Below the pieces are notes generated by a model, which worked only from the letters and a program-made list of their open reading frames with translations, was not told the origin of the DNA and made no database searches. A stretch of 64,000 nt of DNA, from assembly GCF_001677475.2 (NCBI RefSeq), contig NZ_CP015229.1. One strand, 5' to 3'. The number at the start of each line of letters is the position of its first letter. The first letter of the stretch is position 1. Shown in pieces: positions 30,127 through 40,752 of the stretch. The stretch is from Escherichia coli (GTDB lineage Bacteria; Pseudomonadota; Gammaproteobacteria; Enterobacterales; Enterobacteriaceae). A program made the position numbers and the translations under genes.

Positions 30127-32537
30127 TTGCACGTTGGTTCTGGCGCGAATGGCGCTCGCCGTCGCTATTAATTGTCTGGCTGGCGCTAAGCCTGGCGGTG
30201 GCCTGCGTGCTGGCGCTGGGCAATATCAGCGATCGCATGGAGAAGGGCTTAAGCCAGCAAAGCCGGGAGTTTATGGCGGGCGATCGGGCGTTGCGCAGTT
30301 CACGCGAAGTGCCGCAAGCGTGGCTGGAGGAAGCGCAAAAGCGCGGCCTGAAAGTCGGCAAGCAGCTGACTTTCGCCACAATGACCTTTGCAGGCGACAC
30401 ACCGCAGCTGGCGAACGTCAAGGCGGTGGATGATATCTACCCGATGTATGGCGATCTGCAAACTAATCCCCCAGGCCTGAAACCGCAGGCGGGCAGCGTA
30501 TTGCTGGCCCCACGCCTGATGGCACTGCTTAACCTGAAAACGGGCGACACTATTGACGTGGGCGATGCCACCTTGCGGATTGCCGGAGAAGTGATTCAGG
30601 AGCCGGATTCCGGTTTTAATCCCTTCCAGATGGCTCCGCGTCTGATGATGAATCTGGCGGATGTCGATAAAACCGGAGCCGTGCAGCCGGGAAGTCGGGT
30701 CACCTGGCGCTATAAATTCGGCGGCAGCGAGAACCAGCTCGACGGCTATGAGAAATGGCTGTTACCTCAGCTTAAACCCGAACAACGCTGGTACGGTCTG
30801 GAACAGGACGAAGGCGCGCTGGGGCGATCGATGGAACGCTCGCAGCAGTTCCTGCTGCTTTCGGCGCTTCTGACCTTGCTGCTGGCAGTGGCAGCGGTGG
30901 CTGTGGCGATGAATCATTACTGTCGCAGTCGCTACGATCTGGTGGCGATCCTCAAAACGCTGGGGGCAGGGCGAGCGCAACTGCGTAAGCTAATCGTCGG
31001 TCAGTGGTTGATGGTGCTGACGCTTTCAGCCGTTACCGGTGGGGCGATAGGTCTGTTGTTCGAAAACGTGTTGATGGTGCTGCTCAAGCCCGTTCTGCCT
31101 GCTGCACTACCGCCAGCCAGCCTCTGGCCGTGGCTGTGGGCGCTCGGCACCATGACGGTCATCTCGCTGCTGGTGGGGCTACGACCGTACCGCTTGTTGC
31201 TGGCAACGCAGCCTTTACGCGTATTACGTAATGATGTGGTAGCGAACGTCTGGCCGCTGAAGTTTTATCTGCCGATTGTCAGTGTGGTGGTTGTGCTGCT
31301 GCTCGCCGGATTAATGGGTGGCAGTATGCTGCTCTGGGCGGTGCTGGCGGGCGCGGTAGTGCTGGCTTTGCTGTGCGGTGTGCTGGGCTGGATGCTGCTT
31401 AATGTATTACGCAGCATGACGCTAAAATCGCTACCTCTGCGTCTGGCAGTCAGCCGCCTGTTACGTCAGCCGTGGTCAACGTTAAGCCAGCTTTCGGCAT
31501 TTTCGCTCTCCTTTATGCTGCTGGCACTGCTGCTGGTGTTGCGTGGCGATCTGCTCGACCGCTGGCAACAGCAGCTACCGCCAGAAAGCCCGAACTACTT
31601 TTTAATCAACATCGCAACAGAACAGGTTACACCGCTAAAAGCGTTCCTTGCGGAACATCAGATAGTCCCGGAATCGTTTTATCCGGTAGTGCGGGCGCGG
31701 CTGACGGCGATTAACGGCAAGCCGACAGAAGGCAATGAAGATGAGGCGCTCAACCGCGAACTCAACCTCACCTGGCAAAATACGCGGCCCGATCATAACC
31801 CGATTGTCGCCGGTAACTGGCCGCCAAAAGCTGATGAAGTGTCGATGGAAGAGGGGCTGGCGAAACGCTTAAACGTTACCCTCGGCGATACCGTGACTTT
31901 TATGGGCGATACCCAGGAGTTCCGCGCTAAAGTGACCAGCCTGCGCAAAGTGGACTGGGAAAGTCTGCGGCCTAATTTCTATTTTATTTTCCCGGAAGGG
32001 GCATTAGACGGGCAACCGCAGAGCTGGCTTACCAGTTTCCGCTGGGAGAATGGCAACGGCATGTTGACGCAACTCAACCGCCAGTTCCCGACCATTAGCC
32101 TGTTAGACATTGGCGCGATTTTAAAACAGGTCGGTCAGGTGCTGGAGCAGGTAAGTCGGGCGCTGGAAGTGATGGTGGTGCTGGTCACCGCCTGCGGTAT
32201 GTTGCTGTTGCTGGCGCAGGTGCAGGTGGGAATGCGTCAGCGCCATCAGGAGCTGGTGGTGTGGCGCACTCTCGGTGCGGGCAAAAAACTGCTGCGCACC
32301 ACGTTGTGGTGTGAGTTCGCCATGCTCGGGTTTGTTTCTGGCCTGGTGGCCGCAATTGGTGCGGAAACGGCGCTGGCAGTGTTGCAGGCGAAAGTGTTTG
32401 ATTTCCCGTGGGAGCCAGACTGGCGATTGTGGATTGTTCTGCCGTGCAGCGGTGCGCTGCTGCTGTCGCTTTGCGGCGGATGGCTGGGCGCGCGACTGGT
32501 TAAGGGTAAGGCGCTGTTCAGGCAGTTTGCGGGATGA
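30123..32537 (+). CDS. ybbP: FtsX-like ABC transporter permease YbbP
   Basis: 804 aa; two FtsX-type TM bundles separated by large periplasmic domains; 4-bp overlap with ybbA. Confidence 0.9.
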   Translation: MIARWFWREWRSPSLLIVWLALSLAVACVLALGNISDRMEKGLSQQSREFMAGDRALRSSREVPQAWLEEAQKRGLKVGKQLTFATMTFAGDTPQLANVKAVDDIYPMYGDLQTNPPGLKPQAGSVLLAPRLMALLNLKTGDTIDVGDATLRIAGEVIQEPDSGFNPFQMAPRLMMNLADVDKTGAVQPGSRVTWRYKFGGSENQLDGYEKWLLPQLKPEQRWYGLEQDEGALGRSMERSQQFLLLSALLTLLLAVAAVAVAMNHYCRSRYDLVAILKTLGAGRAQLRKLIVGQWLMVLTLSAVTGGAIGLLFENVLMVLLKPVLPAALPPASLWPWLWALGTMTVISLLVGLRPYRLLLATQPLRVLRNDVVANVWPLKFYLPIVSVVVVLLLAGLMGGSMLLWAVLAGAVVLALLCGVLGWMLLNVLRSMTLKSLPLRLAVSRLLRQPWSTLSQLSAFSLSFMLLALLLVLRGDLLDRWQQQLPPESPNYFLINIATEQVTPLKAFLAEHQIVPESFYPVVRARLTAINGKPTEGNEDEALNRELNLTWQNTRPDHNPIVAGNWPPKADEVSMEEGLAKRLNVTLGDTVTFMGDTQEFRAKVTSLRKVDWESLRPNFYFIFPEGALDGQPQSWLTSFRWENGNGMLTQLNRQFPTISLLDIGAILKQVGQVLEQVSRALEVMVVLVTACGMLLLLAQVQVGMRQRHQELVVWRTLGAGKKLLRTTLWCEFAMLGFVSGLVAAIGAETALAVLQAKVFDFPWEPDWRLWIVLPCSGALLLSLCGGWLGARLVKGKALFRQFAG

Positions 32538-32554
32538 TGACAGGCGTTAGATTG

Positions 32555-32660
<106 letters not shown>

Positions 32661-32685
32661 GTGCATTTTGGCAATAAATATGAAA

Positions 32686-32741
32686 CCAACTGTCATGTCG
32701 GTTTTTTTAAAGGCCGAAGGTGGTAAACCTTCGGCCTTAGC
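32686..32741. terminator. Terminator module of repeat copy 1: stem CCAAC/GTCGG plus T-tract and adjacent GGCCGAAGG...CCTTCGGCC hairpin, immediately 3' of the minus-strand peptide ORF
   Basis: Palindromes read from sequence; the first hairpin is a one-mismatch copy of the terminator at 33162-33190. Confidence 0.5.
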
Positions 32742-32754
32742 TACGTTTCCTCAG

Positions 32755-32838
32755 TTATTCAATAAACTGACGGATCAGTTCCAGCAGCGCGATTAGCGCC
32801 TTAAGAACGATGAGAACTTTATCGAGAAAAGTTTTCAT
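32755..32838 (-). CDS. Candidate type I toxin: 27-aa hydrophobic single-helix peptide MKTFLDKVLIVLKALIALLELIRQFIE (DinQ/TisB-like)
   Basis: Hand-translated from the minus strand; not in the supplied ORF track. SD AAGGGAG 6 nt upstream lies inside the perfect palindrome CTCCCTTAAGGGAG (32845-32858); an in-frame upstream ATG at 32908-32910 would give 51 aa. Resembles E. coli DinQ (ALIALLELIR core) as I recall that sequence. Confidence 0.6.
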   Translation of the reverse strand: MKTFLDKVLIVLKALIALLELIRQFIE

Positions 32839-33063
32839 CCGTTGCTCCCTTAAGGGAGAAAGACAATCACAGCTTACCCTTACGTTGCCTGTAACTATGA
32901 TTTTCTTCATGTGCTAGATGAGGACTGCCTCTCTCCAAATTAGAGCACCAGAATCAGCACCACCTGTATCCTGACCAGGACTTAAAAGTACTTTTCCGCA
33001 CTGCGGTAATCCCTTGAGGCAGTATCACTACTAGCGTCGGGATTGTATCGCCAGCATAGCTGT

Positions 33064-33092
33064 TTGAATATGTAGGCATCCTGACTTATAAT
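33064..33092 (+). promoter_or_regulatory. Sigma70-type promoter TTGAAT-17 bp-TATAAT driving the candidate antisense sRNA
   Basis: -35 TTGAAT at 33064-33069, -10 TATAAT at 33087-33092, predicted start near 33099. Confidence 0.55.
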
Positions 33093-33098
33093 TCACTT

Positions 33099-33190
33099 GC
33101 TAGATGAGGACTGTTTCATTTCTGCCCGGAACCACCAAGTCTTGGGCGGAAAAAAAATAAAAAAACCGACTGTCATGTCGGTTTTTTTAT
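33099..33190 (+). ncRNA. Candidate ~90-nt antitoxin sRNA (AgrB-like), trans-complementary to the toxin mRNA leader
   Basis: Bounded by the promoter above and the intrinsic terminator AAAAAAACCGACTGTCATGTCGGTTTTTTT (33162-33190). Its 5' end GCTAGATGAGGACTG (33099-33113) is an exact direct repeat of 32913-32927, so the RNA is complementary to the minus-strand toxin leader. Confidence 0.5.
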
Positions 33191-33251
33191 ATCTGTATTC
33201 TGGTGCAACCATTCTGTTCTCACGACAATCGCCGTTTCAGAATACCGCCCA

Positions 33252-34361
<1,110 letters not shown>

Positions 34362-34414
34362 TCAAATCAGCTTGCGCGCTATTTTACGCGCCAACGCGCA
34401 AGGAAACTTGATTT

Positions 34415-35341
34415 TTAACTGCGTGGGTTGCCGAAAATTTCTAAAAATCCGCTGATTTCCGGCCTGCGCTGGGTAAACAAGGTCACAATATCTTCTACCG
34501 CTTTGCCGCTGCCAAATTTGCGCCATGCCAGACTCAATGGCGAAGGAGGGCGCATCGTTGGGATTACCCGGCTGACCAGTTGTTGATTATCGATCATTGA
34601 CTGGCAAAGTGATTTTGGCAAAAAACCAATGCCAACGCCCGCCAGATGGGCGGCGATTTTCGTTTCCATATCGGGAACAATAATCTCTTTTTGCCCCGGC
34701 AATCGCCAGGCAACGCGTTTGGTTAGTGTGCGGGCGCTGTCTTCAATATTGACCGCCGGAAAGCGCCGCAACTGCGCTTCTGTTAGCGGCTCTTCAATGT
34801 TCGCCAGCGGATGATCCGCCGCCATGACAAAGCGCCATTGCACCGATCCTAAGGGATCAAGACTAAAGGTATTTGCCAGCGCCTCGGTTCCCGTGACGCC
34901 GATAGCCAGTGAAAAACCTTCGTACAATAGCGAGTCCCAGACGCCCATATAGATTTGTCGGGAGATGTGAAACTGGGTAAAGGGGTAACGTTCATTCAGC
35001 CACGCCAGCAGTTGGGCGACGGCCTGGGGGTTGTAGAGCAGGTTGTTGATGACAATATTCACCTGGCGTTCCACGCCATCATTCACCTGTTGCAGCTCGC
35101 TGGGCATACTTTCCAGCCAGCTCAGCCAGTCTCTGGCCTGAGAAAGTAGATGCTCGCCAGCCGCTGTCAACGTCACGCTGCGAGTCGTGCGGAAAAACAG
35201 CGCCACTCCGGTATTCTCTTCCAGAAGTTTAATGCGATAACTGATCGTCGCCGTGGTTTTACATAATCGTTCTGCCGCTTTTGAAAAACTTCCTGTTTCA
35301 GCAACCGCAATGAAAGTCCGCAAGGTTTCTGGATCGAACAT
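34415..35341 (-). CDS. allS: LysR-family activator of allD, AllS
   Basis: 308 aa; N-terminal LysR HTH; divergent from allA as in K-12. Confidence 0.9.
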   Translation of the reverse strand: MFDPETLRTFIAVAETGSFSKAAERLCKTTATISYRIKLLEENTGVALFFRTTRSVTLTAAGEHLLSQARDWLSWLESMPSELQQVNDGVERQVNIVINNLLYNPQAVAQLLAWLNERYPFTQFHISRQIYMGVWDSLLYEGFSLAIGVTGTEALANTFSLDPLGSVQWRFVMAADHPLANIEEPLTEAQLRRFPAVNIEDSARTLTKRVAWRLPGQKEIIVPDMETKIAAHLAGVGIGFLPKSLCQSMIDNQQLVSRVIPTMRPPSPLSLAWRKFGSGKAVEDIVTLFTQRRPEISGFLEIFGNPRS

Positions 35342-35438
35342 CTTCAGGTATCCCCTTTTAAATCAGCAAGTTGCGTGATTTTCTTATCCTCTGATTTATC
35401 AGTATTTTTACATGATAACCCTGTTCAATTTGTGGACT

Positions 35439-35455
35439 AAATCTAGTTTTGGAAA
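35439..35455. promoter_or_regulatory. AllR operator palindrome TTGGAAAAATATTCCAA (allS-allA intergenic)
   Basis: Perfect palindrome read from sequence; matches the known AllR site TTGGAAAA-N-TTTTCCAA. Confidence 0.7.
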
Positions 35456-35570
35456 AATATTCCAACTTTTGTGTTGATGTTGTTCTCTTAAGGTTTTAGA
35501 TTGCCTGTTATTGAAACCAAGCTGACCGGTCGGCGCTGGTTGAACGGAATTATGTTGCAAGGATAAAAAG

Positions 35571-36053
35571 ATGAAACTTCAGGTATTACCGTTAAGTCAG
35601 GAAGCCTTTAGTGCTTATGGCGATGTAATCGAAACGCAGCAACGGGATTTTTTCCATATTAACAATGGCCTGGTAGAGCGTTACCACGATTTGGCGCTGG
35701 TTGAGATTCTTGAGCAAGACCGTACGCTTATCAGCATTAACCGCGCGCAACCGGCGAATCTGCCGCTGACCATTCACGAACTCGAACGTCATCCGCTGGG
35801 CACTCAGGCCTTTATCCCGATGAAAGGTGAAGTGTTTGTGGTGGTCGTGGCGTTAGGTGACGACAAACCAGACCTGTCAACGCTGCGGGCGTTTATCACC
35901 AACGGTGAACAGGGGGTGAATTACCATCGTAACGTCTGGCATCACCCACTTTTCGCCTGGCAGCGCGTCACCGATTTTCTGACCATCGATCGCGGCGGCA
36001 GTGACAACTGTGATGTTGAAAGTATTCCTGAACAGGAACTCTGTTTTGCGTGA
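35571..36053 (+). CDS. allA: Ureidoglycolate lyase
   Basis: 160 aa; synteny and sequence match. Confidence 0.9.
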
Positions 36054-36130
36054 CGCCTGCAACCGACTTGCATAAGATAAACTAATTGTTCATTGTTTAT
36101 GCTCACTTGTAGGTCGGAGTTAACGTAGGT

Positions 36131-36946
36131 ATGACGGAAGTTAGACGGCGCGGCAGGCCAGGACAGGCGGAGCCTGTGGCACAGAAGGGCGCACAGGCGT
36201 TAGAGCGGGGAATTGCGATTCTGCAATATCTGGAAAAAAGTGGGGGAAGTTCGTCGGTTAGCGATATTTCTCTCAATCTGGATTTGCCGCTCTCCACGAC
36301 CTTTCGCTTGCTGAAGGTTTTACAGGCAGCGGATTTTGTCTATCAGGACAGTCAGTTAGGTTGGTGGCATATAGGATTAGGTGTTTTTAACGTCGGTGCG
36401 GCGTACATCCATAACCGCGATGTCCTCTCCGTCGCCGGGCCGTTTATGCGCCGCCTGATGTTACTTTCCGGCGAAACGGTCAATGTCGCGATTCGTAACG
36501 GCAATGAAGCAGTATTAATTGGTCAGTTAGAGTGTAAATCGATGGTCAGGATGTGTGCGCCGCTGGGCAGTCGTCTGCCGCTGCATGCTTCCGGTGCGGG
36601 CAAGGCGCTGCTTTATCCGCTGGCGGAAGAGGAGTTGATGAGCATCATTCTGCAAACCGGTTTGCAGCAGTTTACGCCAACGACGCTTGTGGATATGCCC
36701 ACCTTGCTGAAGGACCTGGAACAAGCGCGTGAACTGGGCTATACCGTAGATAAAGAAGAGCATGTTGTAGGCCTGAATTGCATAGCTTCAGCAATTTACG
36801 ATGATGTAGGTAGTGTTGTTGCCGCTATCTCCATCTCCGGGCCTTCATCAAGACTGACAGAAGATCGTTTTGTCAGTCAGGGTGAGCTGGTCAGAGACAC
36901 CGCCCGCGATATCAGCACGGCGTTGGGACTGAAAGCACATCCATAG
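36131..36946 (+). CDS. allR: IclR-family repressor of the allantoin regulon
   Basis: 271 aa; IclR-type N-terminal HTH and C-terminal effector domain. Confidence 0.9.
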
Positions 36947-36955
36947 TGTCTGTCG

Positions 36956-36987
36956 CATCCTGCTCTGCGGAGCGGGTTTTTTTGACA
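36956..36987 (+). terminator. Intrinsic terminator after allR
   Basis: Hairpin CCTGCTC-TGCG-GAGCGGG followed by T7. Confidence 0.55.
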
Positions 36988-36998
36988 AAATTTGAAAG

Positions 36999-37015
36999 TT
37001 GGAAAATTTTTCCAA
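36999..37015. promoter_or_regulatory. AllR operator palindrome TTGGAAAATTTTTCCAA upstream of gcl
   Basis: Perfect palindrome 21 nt upstream of the gcl ATG. Confidence 0.7.
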
Positions 37016-37035
37016 TTAATAGAGGTAGGAATAAA

Positions 37036-38817
37036 ATGGCAAAAATGAGAGCCGTTGACGCGGCAATGTATGTGCTGGAGAAAGAAGGTATCACCACCGC
37101 CTTCGGCGTTCCGGGAGCTGCAATCAATCCGTTCTACTCAGCGATGCGTAAGCACGGCGGTATTCGTCACATTCTGGCGCGTCATGTGGAAGGTGCTTCG
37201 CACATGGCGGAAGGTTATACCCGCGCAACGGCAGGGAATATCGGCGTATGTCTGGGAACCTCGGGACCAGCAGGCACTGACATGATCACCGCGCTCTATT
37301 CCGCTTCTGCTGATTCCATTCCTATTCTGTGCATTACCGGCCAGGCTCCGCGCGCCCGTCTGCATAAAGAAGATTTCCAGGCCGTTGATATTGAAGCAAT
37401 TGCTAAACCGGTCAGCAAAATGGCGGTTACAGTACGTGAAGCGGCGCTGGTGCCTCGTGTGCTGCAACAGGCATTTCACCTGATGCGTTCTGGTCGTCCG
37501 GGTCCGGTACTGGTGGATTTACCGTTCGACGTACAGGTTGCGGAAATCGAGTTTGATCCTGACATGTACGAACCGCTGCCGGTCTACAAACCTGCTGCCA
37601 GCCGTATGCAGATCGAAAAAGCTGTAGAAATGTTAATCCAGGCCGAACGTCCGGTGATTGTTGCCGGGGGCGGGGTAATCAATGCTGACGCAGCTGCACT
37701 GTTACAACAGTTTGCTGAACTGACCAGCGTTCCGGTGATCCCAACGCTGATGGGCTGGGGCTGTATCCCGGACGATCATGAACTGATGGCCGGGATGGTG
37801 GGTCTGCAAACCGCGCATCGTTACGGTAACGCAACGTTGCTGGCGTCCGACATGGTGTTTGGTATCGGTAACCGTTTTGCGAACCGTCATACCGGTTCGG
37901 TAGAGAAATACACCGAAGGGCGCAAAATCGTTCATATCGATATTGAGCCGACGCAAATTGGCCGCGTGCTGTGTCCGGATCTCGGCATTGTTTCTGATGC
38001 TAAAGCGGCGCTGACGCTGCTGGTTGAAGTGGCGCAGGAGATGCAAAAAGCGGGTCGTCTGCCGTGTCGTAAAGAATGGGTCGCCGACTGCCAGCAGCGC
38101 AAACGCACTTTGCTGCGCAAAACCCACTTCGACAATGTGCCGGTGAAACCGCAGCGCGTGTATGAAGAGATGAACAAAGCCTTTGGTCGCGATGTTTGTT
38201 ATGTCACCACCATTGGTCTGTCACAAATCGCTGCGGCACAAATGCTGCATGTCTTTAAAGACCGCCACTGGATCAACTGTGGGCAGGCAGGCCCGCTGGG
38301 CTGGACCATTCCGGCGGCGCTGGGCGTGTGTGCCGCTGATCCAGAGCGCAATGTGGTGGCGATTTCCGGTGACTTCGACTTCCAGTTCCTGATTGAAGAA
38401 TTAGCTGTTGGCGCACAGTTCAACATTCCGTACATCCATGTACTGGTCAATAACGCCTATCTGGGTCTGATTCGCCAGTCGCAGCGCGCGTTTGATATGG
38501 ATTACTGCGTACAGCTCGCGTTCGAAAATATTAACTCCAGCGAAGTGAACGGTTACGGCGTCGACCACGTAAAAGTAGCGGAAGGTTTAGGTTGTAAAGC
38601 GATTCGCGTTTTCAAACCGGAAGATATAGCACCAGCCTTTGAACAGGCGAAAGCCTTAATGGCGCAATATCGGGTACCGGTAGTCGTGGAAGTTATTCTC
38701 GAGCGTGTGACCAATATTTCGATGGGCAGCGAACTGGATAATGTAATGGAATTTGAAGATATCGCCGATAACGCAGTGGATGCACCGACTGAAACCTGCT
38801 TCATGCACTATGAATAG
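37036..38817 (+). CDS. gcl: Glyoxylate carboligase (tartronate-semialdehyde synthase), ThDP-dependent
   Basis: 593 aa from [13 protein letters not shown] with SD GAGGTAGGA upstream; the track ORF has a 30-codon 5' extension that I reject. Confidence 0.92.
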   Translation: MAKMRAVDAAMYVLEKEGITTAFGVPGAAINPFYSAMRKHGGIRHILARHVEGASHMAEGYTRATAGNIGVCLGTSGPAGTDMITALYSASADSIPILCITGQAPRARLHKEDFQAVDIEAIAKPVSKMAVTVREAALVPRVLQQAFHLMRSGRPGPVLVDLPFDVQVAEIEFDPDMYEPLPVYKPAASRMQIEKAVEMLIQAERPVIVAGGGVINADAAALLQQFAELTSVPVIPTLMGWGCIPDDHELMAGMVGLQTAHRYGNATLLASDMVFGIGNRFANRHTGSVEKYTEGRKIVHIDIEPTQIGRVLCPDLGIVSDAKAALTLLVEVAQEMQKAGRLPCRKEWVADCQQRKRTLLRKTHFDNVPVKPQRVYEEMNKAFGRDVCYVTTIGLSQIAAAQMLHVFKDRHWINCGQAGPLGWTIPAALGVCAADPERNVVAISGDFDFQFLIEELAVGAQFNIPYIHVLVNNAYLGLIRQSQRAFDMDYCVQLAFENINSSEVNGYGVDHVKVAEGLGCKAIRVFKPEDIAPAFEQAKALMAQYRVPVVVEVILERVTNISMGSELDNVMEFEDIADNAVDAPTETCFMHYE

Positions 38818-38829
38818 GGGAGATAAATA

Positions 38830-39606
38830 ATGTTACGTTTCTCTGCTAATTTATCAATGTTATTTGGTGAATATGATTTTCTCGCCCGTTTTGAGAAAGC
38901 TGCGCAGTGTGGTTTTCGCGGCGTTGAATTTATGTTTCCTTATGACTACGACATTGAAGAATTAAAACAGGTGCTGGCGAGTAATAAACTCGAGCATACG
39001 CTGCATAATTTACCTGCGGGTGACTGGGCGGCGGGCGAGCGGGGTATTGCCTGTATTCCTGGCCGTGAAGAAGAGTTTCGTGATGGCGTAGCAGCGGCGA
39101 TTCGTTATGCTCGTGCGCTGGGTAATAAAAAAATCAACTGTCTGGTCGGTAAAACGCCGGCGGGTTTCAGCAGTGAACTGATTCACGCAACGCTTGTGGA
39201 AAACCTGCGTTATGCCGCGAATATGTTGATGAAAGAAGATATTTTATTACTGATTGAACCTATCAACCATTTCGATATTCCTGGTTTCCATCTCACCGGA
39301 ACTCAGCAGGCGCTGAAACTGATTGATGATGTAGGCTGCTGCAATTTGAAAATTCAGTATGACATTTATCATATGCAGCGGATGGAAGGTGAATTAACCA
39401 ACACCATGATCCAATGGGTCGATAAAATTGGTCACCTGCAAATCGCCGATAATCCACATCGCGGCGAACCGGGAACCGGAGAAATTAATTACGATTATCT
39501 CTTTAAGGTAATTGAACATTCTGACTACAACGGTTGGGTTGGCTGTGAATATAAACCCAGAACCACCACGGAAGCCGGTTTAGGCTGGATGAAACCGTAC
39601 CGTTAA
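38830..39606 (+). CDS. hyi: Hydroxypyruvate isomerase
   Basis: 258 aa; TIM-barrel sugar-isomerase-like. Confidence 0.9.
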   Translation: MLRFSANLSMLFGEYDFLARFEKAAQCGFRGVEFMFPYDYDIEELKQVLASNKLEHTLHNLPAGDWAAGERGIACIPGREEEFRDGVAAAIRYARALGNKKINCLVGKTPAGFSSELIHATLVENLRYAANMLMKEDILLLIEPINHFDIPGFHLTGTQQALKLIDDVGCCNLKIQYDIYHMQRMEGELTNTMIQWVDKIGHLQIADNPHRGEPGTGEINYDYLFKVIEHSDYNGWVGCEYKPRTTTEAGLGWMKPYR

Positions 39607-39705
39607 AACGTAACGCTGTTCAGACAATGCTTTTTTAGGCCGCTACGTCGGCAGGGGATCGTGTTGTCTGAATTCAGGAAAAGCGACATTTAAAAGAGGC
39701 TAAAT

Positions 39706-40584
39706 ATGAAACTGGGATTTATTGGCTTAGGCATTATGGGTACTCCGATGGCCATTAATCTGGCGCGCGCCGGTCATCAACTGCATGTCACAACTATTGG
39801 TTCGGTTGCTGATGAATTACTGTCACTCGGTGCCGTCAGTGTTGAAACTGCGCGCCAGGTAACAGAAGCGTCAGACATCATTTTTATTATGGTGCCGGAT
39901 ACGCCACAGGTTGAAGAAGTTCTGTTTGGTGAAAATGGTTGTACCAAAGCCTCGCTGAAGGGCAAAACCATTGTTGATATGAGCTCCATTTCCCCGATTG
40001 AAACTAAACGTTTCGCTCGTCAGGTGAATGAACTAGGTGGCGATTATCTCGATGCGCCAGTCTCCGGCGGTGAAATCGGCGCGCGTGAAGGGACGTTGTC
40101 GATTATGGTTGGCGGTGACGAAGCGGTATTTGAACGTGTTAAACCGCTGTTTGAATTGCTCGGTAAAAATATCACCCTCGTGGGCGGTAACGGCGACGGT
40201 CAAACCTGCAAAGTGGCAAATCAGATTATCGTGGCGCTCAATATTGAAGCGGTTTCTGAAGCATTGTTGTTTGCTTCAAAAGCCGGTGCGGACCCGGTAC
40301 GTGTGCGCCAGGCGCTGATGGGCGGCTTTGCTTCCTCACGTATTCTGGAAGTTCACGGTGAGCGCATGATTAAACGCACCTTTAATCCAGGTTTCAAAAT
40401 TGCGCTGCACCAGAAAGATCTCAACCTGGCACTGCAAAGTGCGAAAGCACTGGCGCTGAACCTGCCAAACACTGCGACCTGCCAGGAGTTATTTAATACC
40501 TGTGCGGCAAACGGTGGCAGCCAGTTGGATCACTCTGCGTTAGTGCAGGCGCTGGAATTAATGGCTAACCATAAACTGGCCTGA
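39706..40584 (+). CDS. glxR: Tartronate semialdehyde reductase (2-hydroxy-3-oxopropionate reductase)
   Basis: 292 aa; N-terminal NAD-binding GxGxxG (GLGIMGTPMA). Confidence 0.9.
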   Translation: MKLGFIGLGIMGTPMAINLARAGHQLHVTTIGSVADELLSLGAVSVETARQVTEASDIIFIMVPDTPQVEEVLFGENGCTKASLKGKTIVDMSSISPIETKRFARQVNELGGDYLDAPVSGGEIGAREGTLSIMVGGDEAVFERVKPLFELLGKNITLVGGNGDGQTCKVANQIIVALNIEAVSEALLFASKAGADPVRVRQALMGGFASSRILEVHGERMIKRTFNPGFKIALHQKDLNLALQSAKALALNLPNTATCQELFNTCAANGGSQLDHSALVQALELMANHKLA

Positions 40585-40752
40585 TACCCGCAATAAAAAT
40601 GGCCGATATCAGAAAATGAATCGGCCAGCAATATTAAAAAAGAAAGCAGCCAAAGATGTTGCTTCAGTATTAAAAATAATATTTTTATTTTATTTGTTCC
40701 TCATAGCTAGATTAAAACAGCGTTATTCGATACGTGAAATTAAGAGGGATTT

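Noticed and set aside
32963-32978. Possible LexA box (CTGTATCCTGACCAGG) upstream of the toxin ORF, by analogy with SOS-regulated dinQ and tisB
   Set aside because: Only the CTGT half matches; the second half is CAGG rather than ACAG at the required spacing, so SOS control cannot be claimed from sequence.
36946-37035. Thirty-codon N-terminal extension of gcl in the track ORF
   Set aside because: The extension would begin at the allR stop codon and span the AllR operator and promoter; the ATG at 37036 has a proper SD and gives the canonical 593-aa protein.
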